Below, piece after piece: positions 37,797-47,663 of a DNA stretch of 64,000 nt (position 1 is its first letter; every line of letters starts with the position of its first letter). Position numbers and translations under genes: made by a program. The DNA is from an uncultured Gammaproteobacteria bacterium. GTDB lineage: Bacteria > Patescibacteriota > Microgenomatia > Daviesbacterales > UBA10151. The notes beneath the pieces are model-generated. The model ran no database searches and was not told the DNA's origin. It saw nothing but the letters and a program-made list of their open reading frames with translations. The stretch covers positions 26,093 to 90,092 of the forward strand of contig CAYMRP010000005.1 in the NCBI GenBank assembly GCA_964392925.1, given 5' to 3'.

Positions 37797-40097
37797 ATGA
37801 ATAAAGTTATTACAAAAGAACTAGATTTAAATGGTACCAAGTTCAAACTTGAAACCGGAAAACTTGCCTTACAGGCTGATGCTGCCGTTATGGCCACACT
37901 AGGCGAAACAGTTGTTTTGGCCACAGTTGCTACAAAACCTTTGACTGAAGACAAAGGTTATTTTCCTTTATCAGTAGAATATGTTGAAAAGCATTACGCT
38001 TCAGGCCGCATCACACCCCAAAAATTCATCAAAAGAGAAGGCCGTCCATCAGAAAAATCAATTCTTTCCGGACGTGCTATCGACCGCTCAATCAGACCTC
38101 TTTTCCCTAAAGATTTCCAAGACAGCGAAGTTCAGGTAATCATCACTGTTTTATCATTTGACGGAGTTAATGATCCAGTTCTTCTTGCTATGAATGCTGC
38201 CTCAGCTGCTTTAGCAATCTCTTCAGTACCATGGGCCGGACCTTTAGCCGGAGTCAGAGTAGGGCAGTTAGAAGGAGAATTAGTAGTAAGCCCCGAGATG
38301 ACCTCTTTTGAAAACTTAAGTCTTGAAGTAATTGTTTCTGCAACTGAAAAATTAGTCCCTATGATCGAAGCCAAAGGTAAGCAGATCAAAGATGAGACAG
38401 TTTTTGAAGCTATCAAACAAGGTCACGCTGCAGCACAGCCGATCCTGAAATTAATTAATGAATTAGCAAAAGAAGTCGGTAAGGAAAAAATGTCCTACAA
38501 ATCAAATCTCGACGGCATTGAAGAAAAATTACTTGAAACTGTTAGAAAAGATATTCAGGATCGAATTGAAAAAGCCTTATTCGACACCAAAAACACTTGG
38601 CATGACACTACAGCTCAATTAATCAAAGCTGAAGTTACAACAACCTATATTGAACAGCTAACTTCAAACCAAATCTCTGCCATTTTTGACAAAATTGCTA
38701 AACAAATCATGTCAGACACTATTTTGAATAAAGGCAAAAGAGTCGATGGTCGAAAAATGGAAGAAATCCGCGAAATCACTATGGAAGTTGGTCTTTTACC
38801 AAGAGCTCACGGTTCAGCTCTTTTCCAAAGAGGCGCTTCTCAATCACTATCTATAGCTACTTTAGGCCCGCTTTCAGTTTCTCAAACTCTAGAAGGTATG
38901 GAAGGCGAAGGCACAAAACGCTTCATGCATTACTACAACATGAGTATTAATCCTTTTGCTTCCGGTGAAGTTAAAAGATTAGGTTCCCCAAACAGGCGTG
39001 ATATCGGTCATGGTAACTTAGGTGAAATTTCTTTGGCTCCTGTTTTACCAACTGAGGCTGAATTCCCTTATGCCATTCGTGTTGTTTCCGAAATATTAGG
39101 TGCAAATGCTTCAACCTCTCAAGCTGCAATATCAGGCTCAACTCTCGCAATGCTCAACGCCGGAGTCCCAATCGAACCAGTGGCTGGAATTGCTTTAGGA
39201 CTTATTACTGACCACGCTGATGATAAAAAATTCCAGGTTATTACTGACATGCAGGCAACTGAAGACTTCTATGGCGAAATGGACTTTAAAGTTGCTGGAA
39301 CTGTTAACGGTATTACTGGAATCCAAATGGACACTAAGCTCCATGGTCTAACTTTTGAAATAATCGAAGAAGCTTTAAGACAAGGAAAACAGGCTAGAGA
39401 AGATATATTAGCCAAAATGAAAGAAGTTATGCCAGCAGCCAATCCTTTGTCTGAATATGCTCCAAAAATCGAAATAACTCACATTAAACCAGAAGAAATC
39501 GGCATGTTAATTGGTCCTGGTGGTAAAAACATCAACGGTATTATTGCTAGAACCGGAGCTCAGATCGACATCGAAGACGATGGAATGGTCATGGTTTCCT
39601 CTATGGATTCAGAAGCCATCAAAAAAGCTCTCGAAGAAATCGAAGGCATGTTCAAAAAAGTCCTTCCTGATGAAGAATATGAAGGAAAAGTTGTTAGAAT
39701 TGCTCCATTCGGTGCTTTTGTTGAGATCTTACCAGGCAAAGATGGCTTAGTTCATGTTTCTCAAATGGCTCCAGGCCGAGTTGAAAATCCTGAAGATGTA
39801 GTTTCAGAAGGTCAAATAGTTAAAGTTAGAGTCGTTTCAGTCGATCCAATGGGTAAAATATCTCTTTCAATGTTATTTGGTGATGATAGAAAACCTGAAT
39901 CTGAAGGTCGTCCAAGAGGCGGAGGCGGTGGAGGATTCGGTGGTGGTGATCGTGGTGGAGACAGAGGTGGTTATCGCCCAGGTGGTGGAGACCGCGGTGG
40001 CCGTTCATCCGGTGGTGGGACAAGAAGAGATTTTGGCGGCAGTAGAGATAGTGGCAGACGTGACGATCGCGGTGGACGCGGCGGCTCCAGCAGATAA
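37797..40097 (+). CDS. pnp: Polyribonucleotide nucleotidyltransferase (PNPase) with a ~70-aa Gly/Arg-rich (RGG-like) C-terminal tail
   Basis: Two RNase PH domains, KH (IGPGGKNI) and S1 domains. Tail is RGGGGGGFGGGDRGGDRGGYRPGGGDRGGRSSGGG... Confidence 0.95.
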   Translation: MNKVITKELDLNGTKFKLETGKLALQADAAVMATLGETVVLATVATKPLTEDKGYFPLSVEYVEKHYASGRITPQKFIKREGRPSEKSILSGRAIDRSIRPLFPKDFQDSEVQVIITVLSFDGVNDPVLLAMNAASAALAISSVPWAGPLAGVRVGQLEGELVVSPEMTSFENLSLEVIVSATEKLVPMIEAKGKQIKDETVFEAIKQGHAAAQPILKLINELAKEVGKEKMSYKSNLDGIEEKLLETVRKDIQDRIEKALFDTKNTWHDTTAQLIKAEVTTTYIEQLTSNQISAIFDKIAKQIMSDTILNKGKRVDGRKMEEIREITMEVGLLPRAHGSALFQRGASQSLSIATLGPLSVSQTLEGMEGEGTKRFMHYYNMSINPFASGEVKRLGSPNRRDIGHGNLGEISLAPVLPTEAEFPYAIRVVSEILGANASTSQAAISGSTLAMLNAGVPIEPVAGIALGLITDHADDKKFQVITDMQATEDFYGEMDFKVAGTVNGITGIQMDTKLHGLTFEIIEEALRQGKQAREDILAKMKEVMPAANPLSEYAPKIEITHIKPEEIGMLIGPGGKNINGIIARTGAQIDIEDDGMVMVSSMDSEAIKKALEEIEGMFKKVLPDEEYEGKVVRIAPFGAFVEILPGKDGLVHVSQMAPGRVENPEDVVSEGQIVKVRVVSVDPMGKISLSMLFGDDRKPESEGRPRGGGGGGFGGGDRGGDRGGYRPGGGDRGGRSSGGGTRRDFGGSRDSGRRDDRGGRGGSSR

Positions 40098-40151
40098 AGC
40101 CCAAGAAATTTCGACTCCTCAAAATAGAATAAAAGTGATTAAGCCTTCTTT

Positions 40152-40835
40152 GTGTTAAAATCTTCAAAACTTATGAACTTCTTTAAATCCAAAAAATGGA
40201 CTATTCCGGCATTACTATTACTGATATTTCTTTGCATCGGAATCTTTATTAAATTCGCAATTGGTACAGATGCTTTTAGCGCCAATGTCCGCTCAATATT
40301 CCTAGGCACTTTCTCTCAAAACCCATTTAAAAAACAAAGCGAGGCGCAGCTTTCCTTAATCGACTCTAAAATTAATCTAAATTTCCAAATCATAGAAGAA
40401 GATAAACCTCAATTTGCCGCCTTTATCAAAAATTGGTTTGGAACAACTGAAGAAATTAAAAACTTAAGTTTTGGCATTGACGATAGCCTAAAATCAAAGC
40501 TGACTCAAAACCAGCCGGTTAATTTAAAGCTGACTATCTCAGATAAATCTTTAGCTTGGAGCAGTAACGCTCTTCCTGGTCTCCAAAACGCTTTTATTAA
40601 AAGTGATATAGAATTCGCAACTGGATCTTCAAAGCTCAGCTCCGAATACTCTAGCAGCTCCAAGTATCAGCTTAAAATAGAAAATCCGGCCGACCTCGCA
40701 AATTACGCTACAGCCTCCGGAATGCTTACTGCCTCGTCTAAAATTGAGGGGTTATTTAAAAGCTTACCTAAAGTCGCTACAATAGAGTTGTTCGTTAACG
40801 GAAAAAATATTTCAGGCAAAATTGTTCTGAAATAA
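40152..40835 (+). CDS. Hypothetical membrane-anchored protein
   Basis: N-terminal TM; 227 aa; no motif. Confidence 0.4.
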   Translation: MLKSSKLMNFFKSKKWTIPALLLLIFLCIGIFIKFAIGTDAFSANVRSIFLGTFSQNPFKKQSEAQLSLIDSKINLNFQIIEEDKPQFAAFIKNWFGTTEEIKNLSFGIDDSLKSKLTQNQPVNLKLTISDKSLAWSSNALPGLQNAFIKSDIEFATGSSKLSSEYSSSSKYQLKIENPADLANYATASGMLTASSKIEGLFKSLPKVATIELFVNGKNISGKIVLK

Positions 40836-40847
40836 AATTTATTAATC

Positions 40848-41921
40848 ATGGACCCATCTGCCACCACTCTAACCCCTAATACGGGTCAGCCCTCAAATCA
40901 AATCTTAGAGAATCTTAAAAAGAAAATCGCCGCAACTCAACTTCCACCTGAAGTTGCGGAAAAAATAGCTGACGAAATGACTCGTCTGGAACTCGTATTT
41001 AAAACAGGTCAGTTCACCACCGAATTCGACAGACAAATAAATTATTTAAATTTCGTTACCGACTTACCTTGGGGAAAAGCCGGTCAGGATATTTTAGATC
41101 TAAACCGCGCCAAACAAATCCTGGATAAGAATCATTTCGGTTTAGAAACAATCAAAGGCCGTATTTTGGAGTACCTCTCAGTCATGATTTTAAATCATAT
41201 GAAAGGCCAGGTTGCCAAACAACCAATCTTAGCTTTCGTCGGTTTAGTCGGATCCGGTAAAACCTCAATTGCTTATTCAATCGCCGAAGCCTTAGGTCGG
41301 CCTATTATCAGAATTCCCTTTGGAGGTTTAGGATCTGCGCTCCAACTAAGAGGCGAGTCTCGCGTCAAAAGTGAAGCTGAACCGGGTTTAGTCGTTAGAG
41401 CTCTAAAACGTGCTCAAGTCAAAAATCCGGTTATTCTTTTAGATGAGCTTGATCGTGTTACCGAAGCGGCCCGTGCTGATATCATGGGAGTCTTAGTTGA
41501 GCTTCTCGATCCAGAGCAAAATATGTCTTTTATGGACCATTATGTTAATTTTCCATTTGATTTATCCCAGGTTTTATTTGTTGCCACAGCTAATAATACC
41601 GGCAATATAGCCACTGCTGTTATGGACAGGCTTGAACTTATTGAGATGCCGTTCTATACTGACGAACAGAAAGTAGTTATAGGACGGGATTATATTCTGC
41701 CTGAAGCTCTCAAAAGCGCTGCCATTGATCCGGGCATGGTTCAAATCGCGCCTCAGGTCTGGTTAAATATTGTTAGACCTCTAGGTTTTGACGGCGGTAT
41801 TCGTTCTCTGAAGCGTCATATTGTAAACATGGCTGGAAAAATAGCCCGCCAAATAGTTGAAGGCCAAAAAGGCCCTTTTGTTATCAATGAACAAAACGTT
41901 GAGCTTTATCTGGCCGCATAA
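40848..41921 (+). CDS. Lon-like AAA+ ATPase module (Lon A middle region, AAA+ and alpha domains) lacking the N-terminal LAN domain and the C-terminal Ser-Lys protease domain
   Basis: NYLNFVTDLPWGKAG, HFGLETIKGRILEYLSV, Walker A GLVGSGKTS, GGLGSALQLRGESR, Walker B ILLDELDR and LLDPEQNMSFMDHY are collinear with Lon-A. The protein ends after the alpha domain at 357 aa. Confidence 0.7.
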   Translation: MDPSATTLTPNTGQPSNQILENLKKKIAATQLPPEVAEKIADEMTRLELVFKTGQFTTEFDRQINYLNFVTDLPWGKAGQDILDLNRAKQILDKNHFGLETIKGRILEYLSVMILNHMKGQVAKQPILAFVGLVGSGKTSIAYSIAEALGRPIIRIPFGGLGSALQLRGESRVKSEAEPGLVVRALKRAQVKNPVILLDELDRVTEAARADIMGVLVELLDPEQNMSFMDHYVNFPFDLSQVLFVATANNTGNIATAVMDRLELIEMPFYTDEQKVVIGRDYILPEALKSAAIDPGMVQIAPQVWLNIVRPLGFDGGIRSLKRHIVNMAGKIARQIVEGQKGPFVINEQNVELYLAA

Positions 41922-41950
41922 TTATTTGAACAAACATTTGAAATAAATAT

Positions 41951-43660
41951 ATGAAATCTTTTAAACCAAAATTTGAATTCACTTCAAAAAATAATAATAG
42001 CAGCAGCACCCAATCCTTAAGATTGATTCCGTTAGGCGGAGTAGGTGATGTTACTAAAAACATGTACGCTTATGAATACGGCGACGATATTTTGCTGATC
42101 GATTGTGGAGTCTCTTTTCCTGACGAACAAATGCCGGGTGTTGATTTAATCATCCCTGACATTAACTATCTCCGCGACAAAAAGCATAAAATTAAAGGAA
42201 TAGTCATTACCCATGGTCACGATGATCACTATGGCGCATTGCCTTATATCTGGCCTGAATTAAATGTCCCAATCTATTCTCAAAAGCTTACCTGCGGTCT
42301 AATTCGTGCCAAACTCGCGGATAACAAAGTTCCAACCGACCGGGTAAAAGAATTAAAAATTGACGACACTTTAACTCTCGGCGTTTTCAAATTAAGTTTT
42401 TATACCGTTTCTCATTCAGTCCCTGATTCAACTGGTATTGTCATAGAGACTCCTATTGGCACTATCATCCATCAATCAGATTTCAAAATTGATTGGACTC
42501 CGGTTAATGGACAAGTCACCGATGTCGGCCGGGTGGCCGAAATTGGTAATAAAGGTGTTTTGCTTATGACCATCGACTGTCTTCGCTCTGACCGTCCAGG
42601 TTATACTTCCTCCGAAAAAGGCATTGAGCAGGAATTTGAAAAAATAGCTGTGGAAACTCAGGGTAAACTGATCATGACTTTAATTACCTCAAACATCACC
42701 CGCATTCAACAGGCGCTAAATGTGGCTTCCAAAACCGGACGTAAGGTTTGTTTCGTTGGTCGTTCTATGGAAAATAATACTCAAGTCGCCCGTGACCTTG
42801 GCTATCTCCAAATCCCATCTGGAATTGTCATTGCTCAGGAAGAACTAAAAAGGTTTGCCGCCAATAAATTAGTAGTTATTATGTCCGGAGCTTTTGGTCA
42901 GCCAGGATCGGCCTTATCTAGGGCAGCCAACGGCGAACATAAAAATGTTCAAATACTAAAAGGCGATACAGTCGTAGTTAGCGCCGATCCAATGCCTTCT
43001 GCTGAAATGTCCCAGGGAGTCTTAATAGATCATCTTTCCCGGATCGGCTGCCGCCTCTACTATTCAGCTTCGGACTCTGCTCTCCACGTCTCCGGTCACG
43101 CCGCCCAAGAAGAGATTAAAGTTATGATCAATTTAGCAAAGCCAAAATTCCTCATGCCAATCGGCGGCGGCTTCAAACAAATCAGAGCTTTCGTTGATTT
43201 AGCTATGGATTTAGGTTATGCCGAAAATGAAATAATCACTCTTACCGAAGTTCAGCCAATCGAGATAACCTCCGATAAATTTAGAATCTTGCCTCCGATT
43301 CCATACCAAAACGTTTATGTTGACGGGCTCGGTGTGGGTGATGTTGGCAGCGTCGTTCTTCGTGACCGTGAGCACATGAGTGAAGAGGGGGTTGTCGTGG
43401 TTGTTGTACCAATCGATTCCCAAAACGGTAAATTAGCCGGCCGGCCAGACCTTATTTCCAGAGGCTTTGTATTTGGACCTGATGAAGCGGATCTTTTGGA
43501 TGCAGGAGAGAAAATTGTCCAGTCAATTTTTGCCGATCACAAAGGTGGACATATTGACATGCGCTACGCTCGTCACGAAGTAGAAAAAAATCTTCAAAAA
43601 TTCTTCTTCCAGGAAACCAAACGCAAACCTTTAATCCTTACTGTTGTCATGGAGGCTTAG
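41951..43660 (+). CDS. rnj: Ribonuclease J (metallo-beta-lactamase/beta-CASP RNase)
   Basis: LIPLGGVGDVTKNMYAYEYGDDILLIDCG, ITHGHDDHYGALPY, beta-CASP motifs. Confidence 0.9.
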   Translation: MKSFKPKFEFTSKNNNSSSTQSLRLIPLGGVGDVTKNMYAYEYGDDILLIDCGVSFPDEQMPGVDLIIPDINYLRDKKHKIKGIVITHGHDDHYGALPYIWPELNVPIYSQKLTCGLIRAKLADNKVPTDRVKELKIDDTLTLGVFKLSFYTVSHSVPDSTGIVIETPIGTIIHQSDFKIDWTPVNGQVTDVGRVAEIGNKGVLLMTIDCLRSDRPGYTSSEKGIEQEFEKIAVETQGKLIMTLITSNITRIQQALNVASKTGRKVCFVGRSMENNTQVARDLGYLQIPSGIVIAQEELKRFAANKLVVIMSGAFGQPGSALSRAANGEHKNVQILKGDTVVVSADPMPSAEMSQGVLIDHLSRIGCRLYYSASDSALHVSGHAAQEEIKVMINLAKPKFLMPIGGGFKQIRAFVDLAMDLGYAENEIITLTEVQPIEITSDKFRILPPIPYQNVYVDGLGVGDVGSVVLRDREHMSEEGVVVVVVPIDSQNGKLAGRPDLISRGFVFGPDEADLLDAGEKIVQSIFADHKGGHIDMRYARHEVEKNLQKFFFQETKRKPLILTVVMEA

Positions 43661-43868
43661 ATTATCTCTTCAGTTCTCCAAACTTTCTTAAGAGATGATA
43701 TACTAATTTATACAGAAATGAAGCTAAACTTTGTGTCCCATAGTCAAAAAGCTGTGGTATAATGAATGTTAAATCGGGAATCTGCCCCCTTGTCGAAAAC
43801 TCTCCACTGGAGAATTTTCGCAAGCGATCTCCTCGCTTCGGATCGGAAATTAATGAAGCGAGTCCGAT

Positions 43869-46037
43869 ATGAGTCGAAAGAAATCACTTTATTCACTACC
43901 CAAATTAAAACTCAAACATAAAACTATTATTGCTGTGGCAACGTTCGTTTCTTTTATTTTAGCCGGTGTCTCAGCTGCAGCTTTTTTAACTAACACTCAA
44001 TATTTATTCTTTTGGAGACAATATCTAGTAGAGAACATCGGTTTCACTGCCTTTTTAACACCAGTACTTTTTATTCTAATAGGTCTCGTTTTGCAGAAGG
44101 TTAAATGGGCTTTCGCCCAAGTAAATGTCCTCCTAGGCCTTTTAGTTATGATGATCGCAATGATGGGTCTTCTAGCCGGTGTCGGTGATACTCCTGGTGG
44201 TATCCTTGGCGCTTTTATTTGGGTTCAACTCTCCGCAGTCGTTACCCCGATCTTTACCGTCTTAATACTTATAATTATTTTTGCCATCGGCTTAGTCGTA
44301 TTTCTCAACACCAGTCTTGAACAACTTATGGCCTTTCTGGGAACTGTCTTCTCTGGGGCGGGCAGAGCTGCAAAAGCTACAACCAAAGTCGGTGGAGTAT
44401 TCAAAAGAGACCCAGCCTTTGATGCTAAAGCTGGCCAAATTAAATTATCCGGCATTGATGATAAGCTCAAAGTGAATAAAGCCCCTGAACGCCCAATAAG
44501 AGGGGAACCTGTTCTTGCCGAGACCTTAGTTCAGAACGTTGCTGGACAAGCCAGAGTCTGGAAATATCCGCCTCTCAGTCTCCTTTCCGATAAAGGTGGA
44601 GCTCCTGCCGATCGCGGCGACGTTAAAAAGAACGCTGCAATTATTGAAAGGACTCTGGAATCTTTTGGAATTCAGGCCCGGGTTGCCGAAGTTAATGGCG
44701 GCCCAGCAGTTACCCAGTATGCATTAGAAATCGCAGCTGGTACAAAGATCACTAAGATTGCTAATCTTCAGCACGACATTGCTCTTGCTCTAGCCACCCG
44801 GACCGGAACTGTCCGTATTGAAGCTCCAATCCCTGGAAAATCATTAGTAGGTATTGAAGTTCCAAATCACACCCTCGAGGTAGTTACTCTTAAATCAGTT
44901 CTCAGTTCCGACGATCTTAAAAAACGCAAATCAAAGCTGGCTGTTCCTCTTGGAAAAGACACCGGTTCCAATGCTGTTATCGTAGATATCGATCGCATGC
45001 CTCATACGCTGGTAGCCGGAACTACTGGTTCTGGTAAATCCATTTTAATGCACAACTTAATAACCTCACTACTGTTTAGAAATTCTCCAGACGAACTAAA
45101 ATTAATTCTAATCGATCCTAAACGTGTTGAAATGACCAACTATAATGATGTTCCTCATTTATTAACTCCTGTAATCGTTGAGCCTGACAAAATTCTTTCC
45201 GCCCTAAAATGGGCGATGGCCGAAATGGACAGGCGTTATAAATTATTCCAACAAGTCGGAGTCAGAAATATTCAAACTTACAACGAAATGTCCGGCTTCC
45301 AAGCACTACCTTATATCGTAATTTTTATTGACGAACTCGCCGACCTTATGATGTTTGCTCCGGTCGAAGTCGAAGATGCCATCACGCGCTTAGCCCAGCT
45401 TGCTCGTGCTACAGGTATGCATTTGGTTATTGCTACCCAGCGTCCATCAGTCGATGTTATCACCGGCTTAATGAAAGCCAATATCCCTTCCCGTATTGCT
45501 TTCAACGTTTCATCAATGATCGACTCAAGAGTTATCATTGATACAGGTGGTGCCGAAAAATTACTTGGTCGCGGAGATATGTTATTCATGCCGCCTGATG
45601 CTTCCAAGCCTCAAAGAATCCAGGGTGTACTGGTAACTGATGCCGAAATCGCCAACCTGGTTAACTACTTAAAAAGTTTAGGCATTGCCCCAAGCTATAG
45701 CGAGGAAATTACCAAAATGCCAATTGGCAAAATTGGTAAGGGCAGTGGAAGTAATAGTGGTGGAGGCGGTGGTGGGGGTGACGATAGAGATGATTTATTT
45801 GAAGAAGCAGTTCGAACTGTCTGTCAATATGATCGGGCCTCAGCCTCCTTACTCCAAAGAAGACTAAAGGTCGGCTACGCCAGAGCTGCCAGAATTATTG
45901 ATGAATTAGAAACTGCTGGAGTTATTGGTCCTGGAGACGGCAGCAAACCCCGTGATGTTTTGGTCAGAAACGCTGATGAATTCTTAAATGGAGGAGCAAC
46001 CCCTCCTGAAAACACAGCTGCCCCAGAACAATACTAG
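43869..46037 (+). CDS. ftsK: DNA translocase FtsK/SpoIIIE (N-terminal membrane domain, motor domain, gamma winged helix)
   Basis: Walker A LVAGTTGSGKS; DELAD Walker B; C-terminal LLQRRLKVGYARAARIIDELE gamma domain. Confidence 0.9.
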   Translation: MSRKKSLYSLPKLKLKHKTIIAVATFVSFILAGVSAAAFLTNTQYLFFWRQYLVENIGFTAFLTPVLFILIGLVLQKVKWAFAQVNVLLGLLVMMIAMMGLLAGVGDTPGGILGAFIWVQLSAVVTPIFTVLILIIIFAIGLVVFLNTSLEQLMAFLGTVFSGAGRAAKATTKVGGVFKRDPAFDAKAGQIKLSGIDDKLKVNKAPERPIRGEPVLAETLVQNVAGQARVWKYPPLSLLSDKGGAPADRGDVKKNAAIIERTLESFGIQARVAEVNGGPAVTQYALEIAAGTKITKIANLQHDIALALATRTGTVRIEAPIPGKSLVGIEVPNHTLEVVTLKSVLSSDDLKKRKSKLAVPLGKDTGSNAVIVDIDRMPHTLVAGTTGSGKSILMHNLITSLLFRNSPDELKLILIDPKRVEMTNYNDVPHLLTPVIVEPDKILSALKWAMAEMDRRYKLFQQVGVRNIQTYNEMSGFQALPYIVIFIDELADLMMFAPVEVEDAITRLAQLARATGMHLVIATQRPSVDVITGLMKANIPSRIAFNVSSMIDSRVIIDTGGAEKLLGRGDMLFMPPDASKPQRIQGVLVTDAEIANLVNYLKSLGIAPSYSEEITKMPIGKIGKGSGSNSGGGGGGGDDRDDLFEEAVRTVCQYDRASASLLQRRLKVGYARAARIIDELETAGVIGPGDGSKPRDVLVRNADEFLNGGATPPENTAAPEQY

Positions 46038-46126
46038 TCAGCTTCCTAAAATTTTGATATCCTAGACAAAAGTGGAATTTCAGGATCTTTCTTAATCCCG
46101 GTGTTTTCCCCAATCTAATTTAAATT

Positions 46127-46972
46127 ATGGAGTGGTATTGGTATCTCATCATTAATATTTTTGTTTTTTCTTTGGCCACCGTTTACCAAAGATCGATTTT
46201 AAAACACAGTAAAGATCCGGCGCTTTTTTATGTAGTCAATGGTTTGGTTGCCGGTTCTATTCTGCTTGCTCACGGCCTTTGGGTCGGTTTTAAAATTCCT
46301 AATATTCAGGACATCTCGTTAAACCTGATAGCTATGACGGTTCTTCTTGGTTTTGGAAATCTTCTCAATTTTAATGCTTTAAAAAAAGTCGATGCATCAG
46401 AATTCACTGTTCTTTTTTCAACCAGAGCTATCTGGTCAGTTCTGGCGGCAGTTTTAGTTTTGGGTGAAAGTTTCGGCCCAAAACAAATTATTGGCGCTGC
46501 ATTAATTATTTCCTCTGTTTTTCTGGTTTCTTGGAAGAAGAAAAGTTTTAGGTTGAATGAAGGGGAGATGCTCACCCTTGCTGCGGCTGCTTTTTTTGGG
46601 TTGGAATTTATTAATGATACCTATCTTCTTAACCGTGTCGACTTGCTATTTTATATTCCCCTAATTTTTCTATTCCCTGCACTTGCCGTGGCTGCTGTTA
46701 ATTTTAAAAAGCTCCCTACTATTACAAGAGTAGTATCTTTTAAAGATTTTCTTAAGCTCTCATTCCTGGGATTGTTATTTGCAGTCAGCGCCACAGCAAC
46801 ACTAACAGCTTATCAGGTTGGCCATAATGCCGCTCAGATTGCTATTCTTAATCAAACATCAACCATCGTAATTGTATTTCTTGGGATAATTTTCTTAAAC
46901 GAGAGGTCTCATATGAAATTAAAAATTCTCGGAGCAGTAATCAGTTTGATAGGAGTCTTCCTGGTCAAATAA
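46127..46972 (+). CDS. EamA/DMT-family transporter
   Basis: About 10 TM helices with two EamA-like halves. Confidence 0.6.
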   Translation: MEWYWYLIINIFVFSLATVYQRSILKHSKDPALFYVVNGLVAGSILLAHGLWVGFKIPNIQDISLNLIAMTVLLGFGNLLNFNALKKVDASEFTVLFSTRAIWSVLAAVLVLGESFGPKQIIGAALIISSVFLVSWKKKSFRLNEGEMLTLAAAAFFGLEFINDTYLLNRVDLLFYIPLIFLFPALAVAAVNFKKLPTITRVVSFKDFLKLSFLGLLFAVSATATLTAYQVGHNAAQIAILNQTSTIVIVFLGIIFLNERSHMKLKILGAVISLIGVFLVK

Positions 46973-47284
46973 TTAATTATTCCGGCCCCAGGATTCTAAA
47001 TCTTTAAAAACTTTCTCTAGTGATTTACCCTTCGGTGTTAGATAGTACTCCACATGCAAAGGCACTTCGCTAAAAATTTTCTTACTTATAATCCCGGTTT
47101 TCTCCAGTTCATCAAGTCTCTGCGAAAGTGTTTTAGGAGAAATTGTTTTAAGCTCTCGTTGGAGAAGTCCAAACCGATTTCTTCCCTCAAATAAGTTATG
47201 TAAAATCATCATCGTCCATTTAGATCCGATAACTTTTAAGGTCTTAGCAACATAGCAGTGCTCAGTTGTCATTATAGTTTGCAT
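46973..47284 (-). CDS. HxlR-family winged-helix transcriptional regulator
   Basis: CYVAKTLKVIGSKWTMMILHNLFEGRNRFGLLQRELKTISPKTLSQRLDELEKTGII is a typical HxlR (DUF24) domain. Confidence 0.8.
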   Translation of the reverse strand: MQTIMTTEHCYVAKTLKVIGSKWTMMILHNLFEGRNRFGLLQRELKTISPKTLSQRLDELEKTGIISKKIFSEVPLHVEYYLTPKGKSLEKVFKDLESWGRNN

Positions 47285-47314
47285 AAATTTATAGTAAGTA
47301 TTATATCACCGCGC

Positions 47315-47337
47315 TACTATACTTTCTATAGTACTAT
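47315..47337. promoter_or_regulatory. Overlapping palindromes TACTATA-N5-TATAGTA and ATAGTACTAT in the HxlR divergent intergenic region; candidate operator
   Basis: Perfect 7-bp inverted repeat plus a 10-bp self-palindrome, 30-55 nt upstream of the hxlR-like start, between divergent genes. Confidence 0.3.
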
Positions 47338-47426
47338 CATATTAATAAATTTAAGCTTCAAAATATGTAACTACTTCAATTCTTAAAGTACTTCTGCTAC
47401 TCTATTTCAGAAAGGAGAACTGTCCC

Positions 47427-47663
47427 ATGTCTTCTAAAGAAATATCTTCTTCTAGCTCAGAAGTGACAGCACTACCTACTGTGATGGCACACCGATTCGA
47501 GAGTAAAAGACAATTCCTGCAGATCAAGTTAATGGAAATAGGTAGAAACCAGAATACCCTAGTCGATGCGCTCAGTAACAGGCAATTAGTAATCGAAGAG
47601 CCTTGTCGAAGCAGATTATGTGGAGCGCCTCCCTCGGCCCATGTTATGACAAGAGCAGCTTAA
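47427..47663 (+). CDS. Small hypothetical protein (78 aa) divergent from the HxlR regulator
   Basis: Strong SD (GAAAGGAGAA) 8 nt upstream of the ATG; no motif. Confidence 0.3.
   Translation: MSSKEISSSSSEVTALPTVMAHRFESKRQFLQIKLMEIGRNQNTLVDALSNRQLVIEEPCRSRLCGAPPSAHVMTRAA

Noticed and set aside
39826-40167. His-rich 113-aa minus-strand ORF and 39877..40158 plus-strand ORF inside the pnp 3' end
   Set aside because: Both are produced by the repetitive GGx/CGx codons of the PNPase Gly/Arg tail read in other frames or strands. They are fully embedded in a high-confidence gene.
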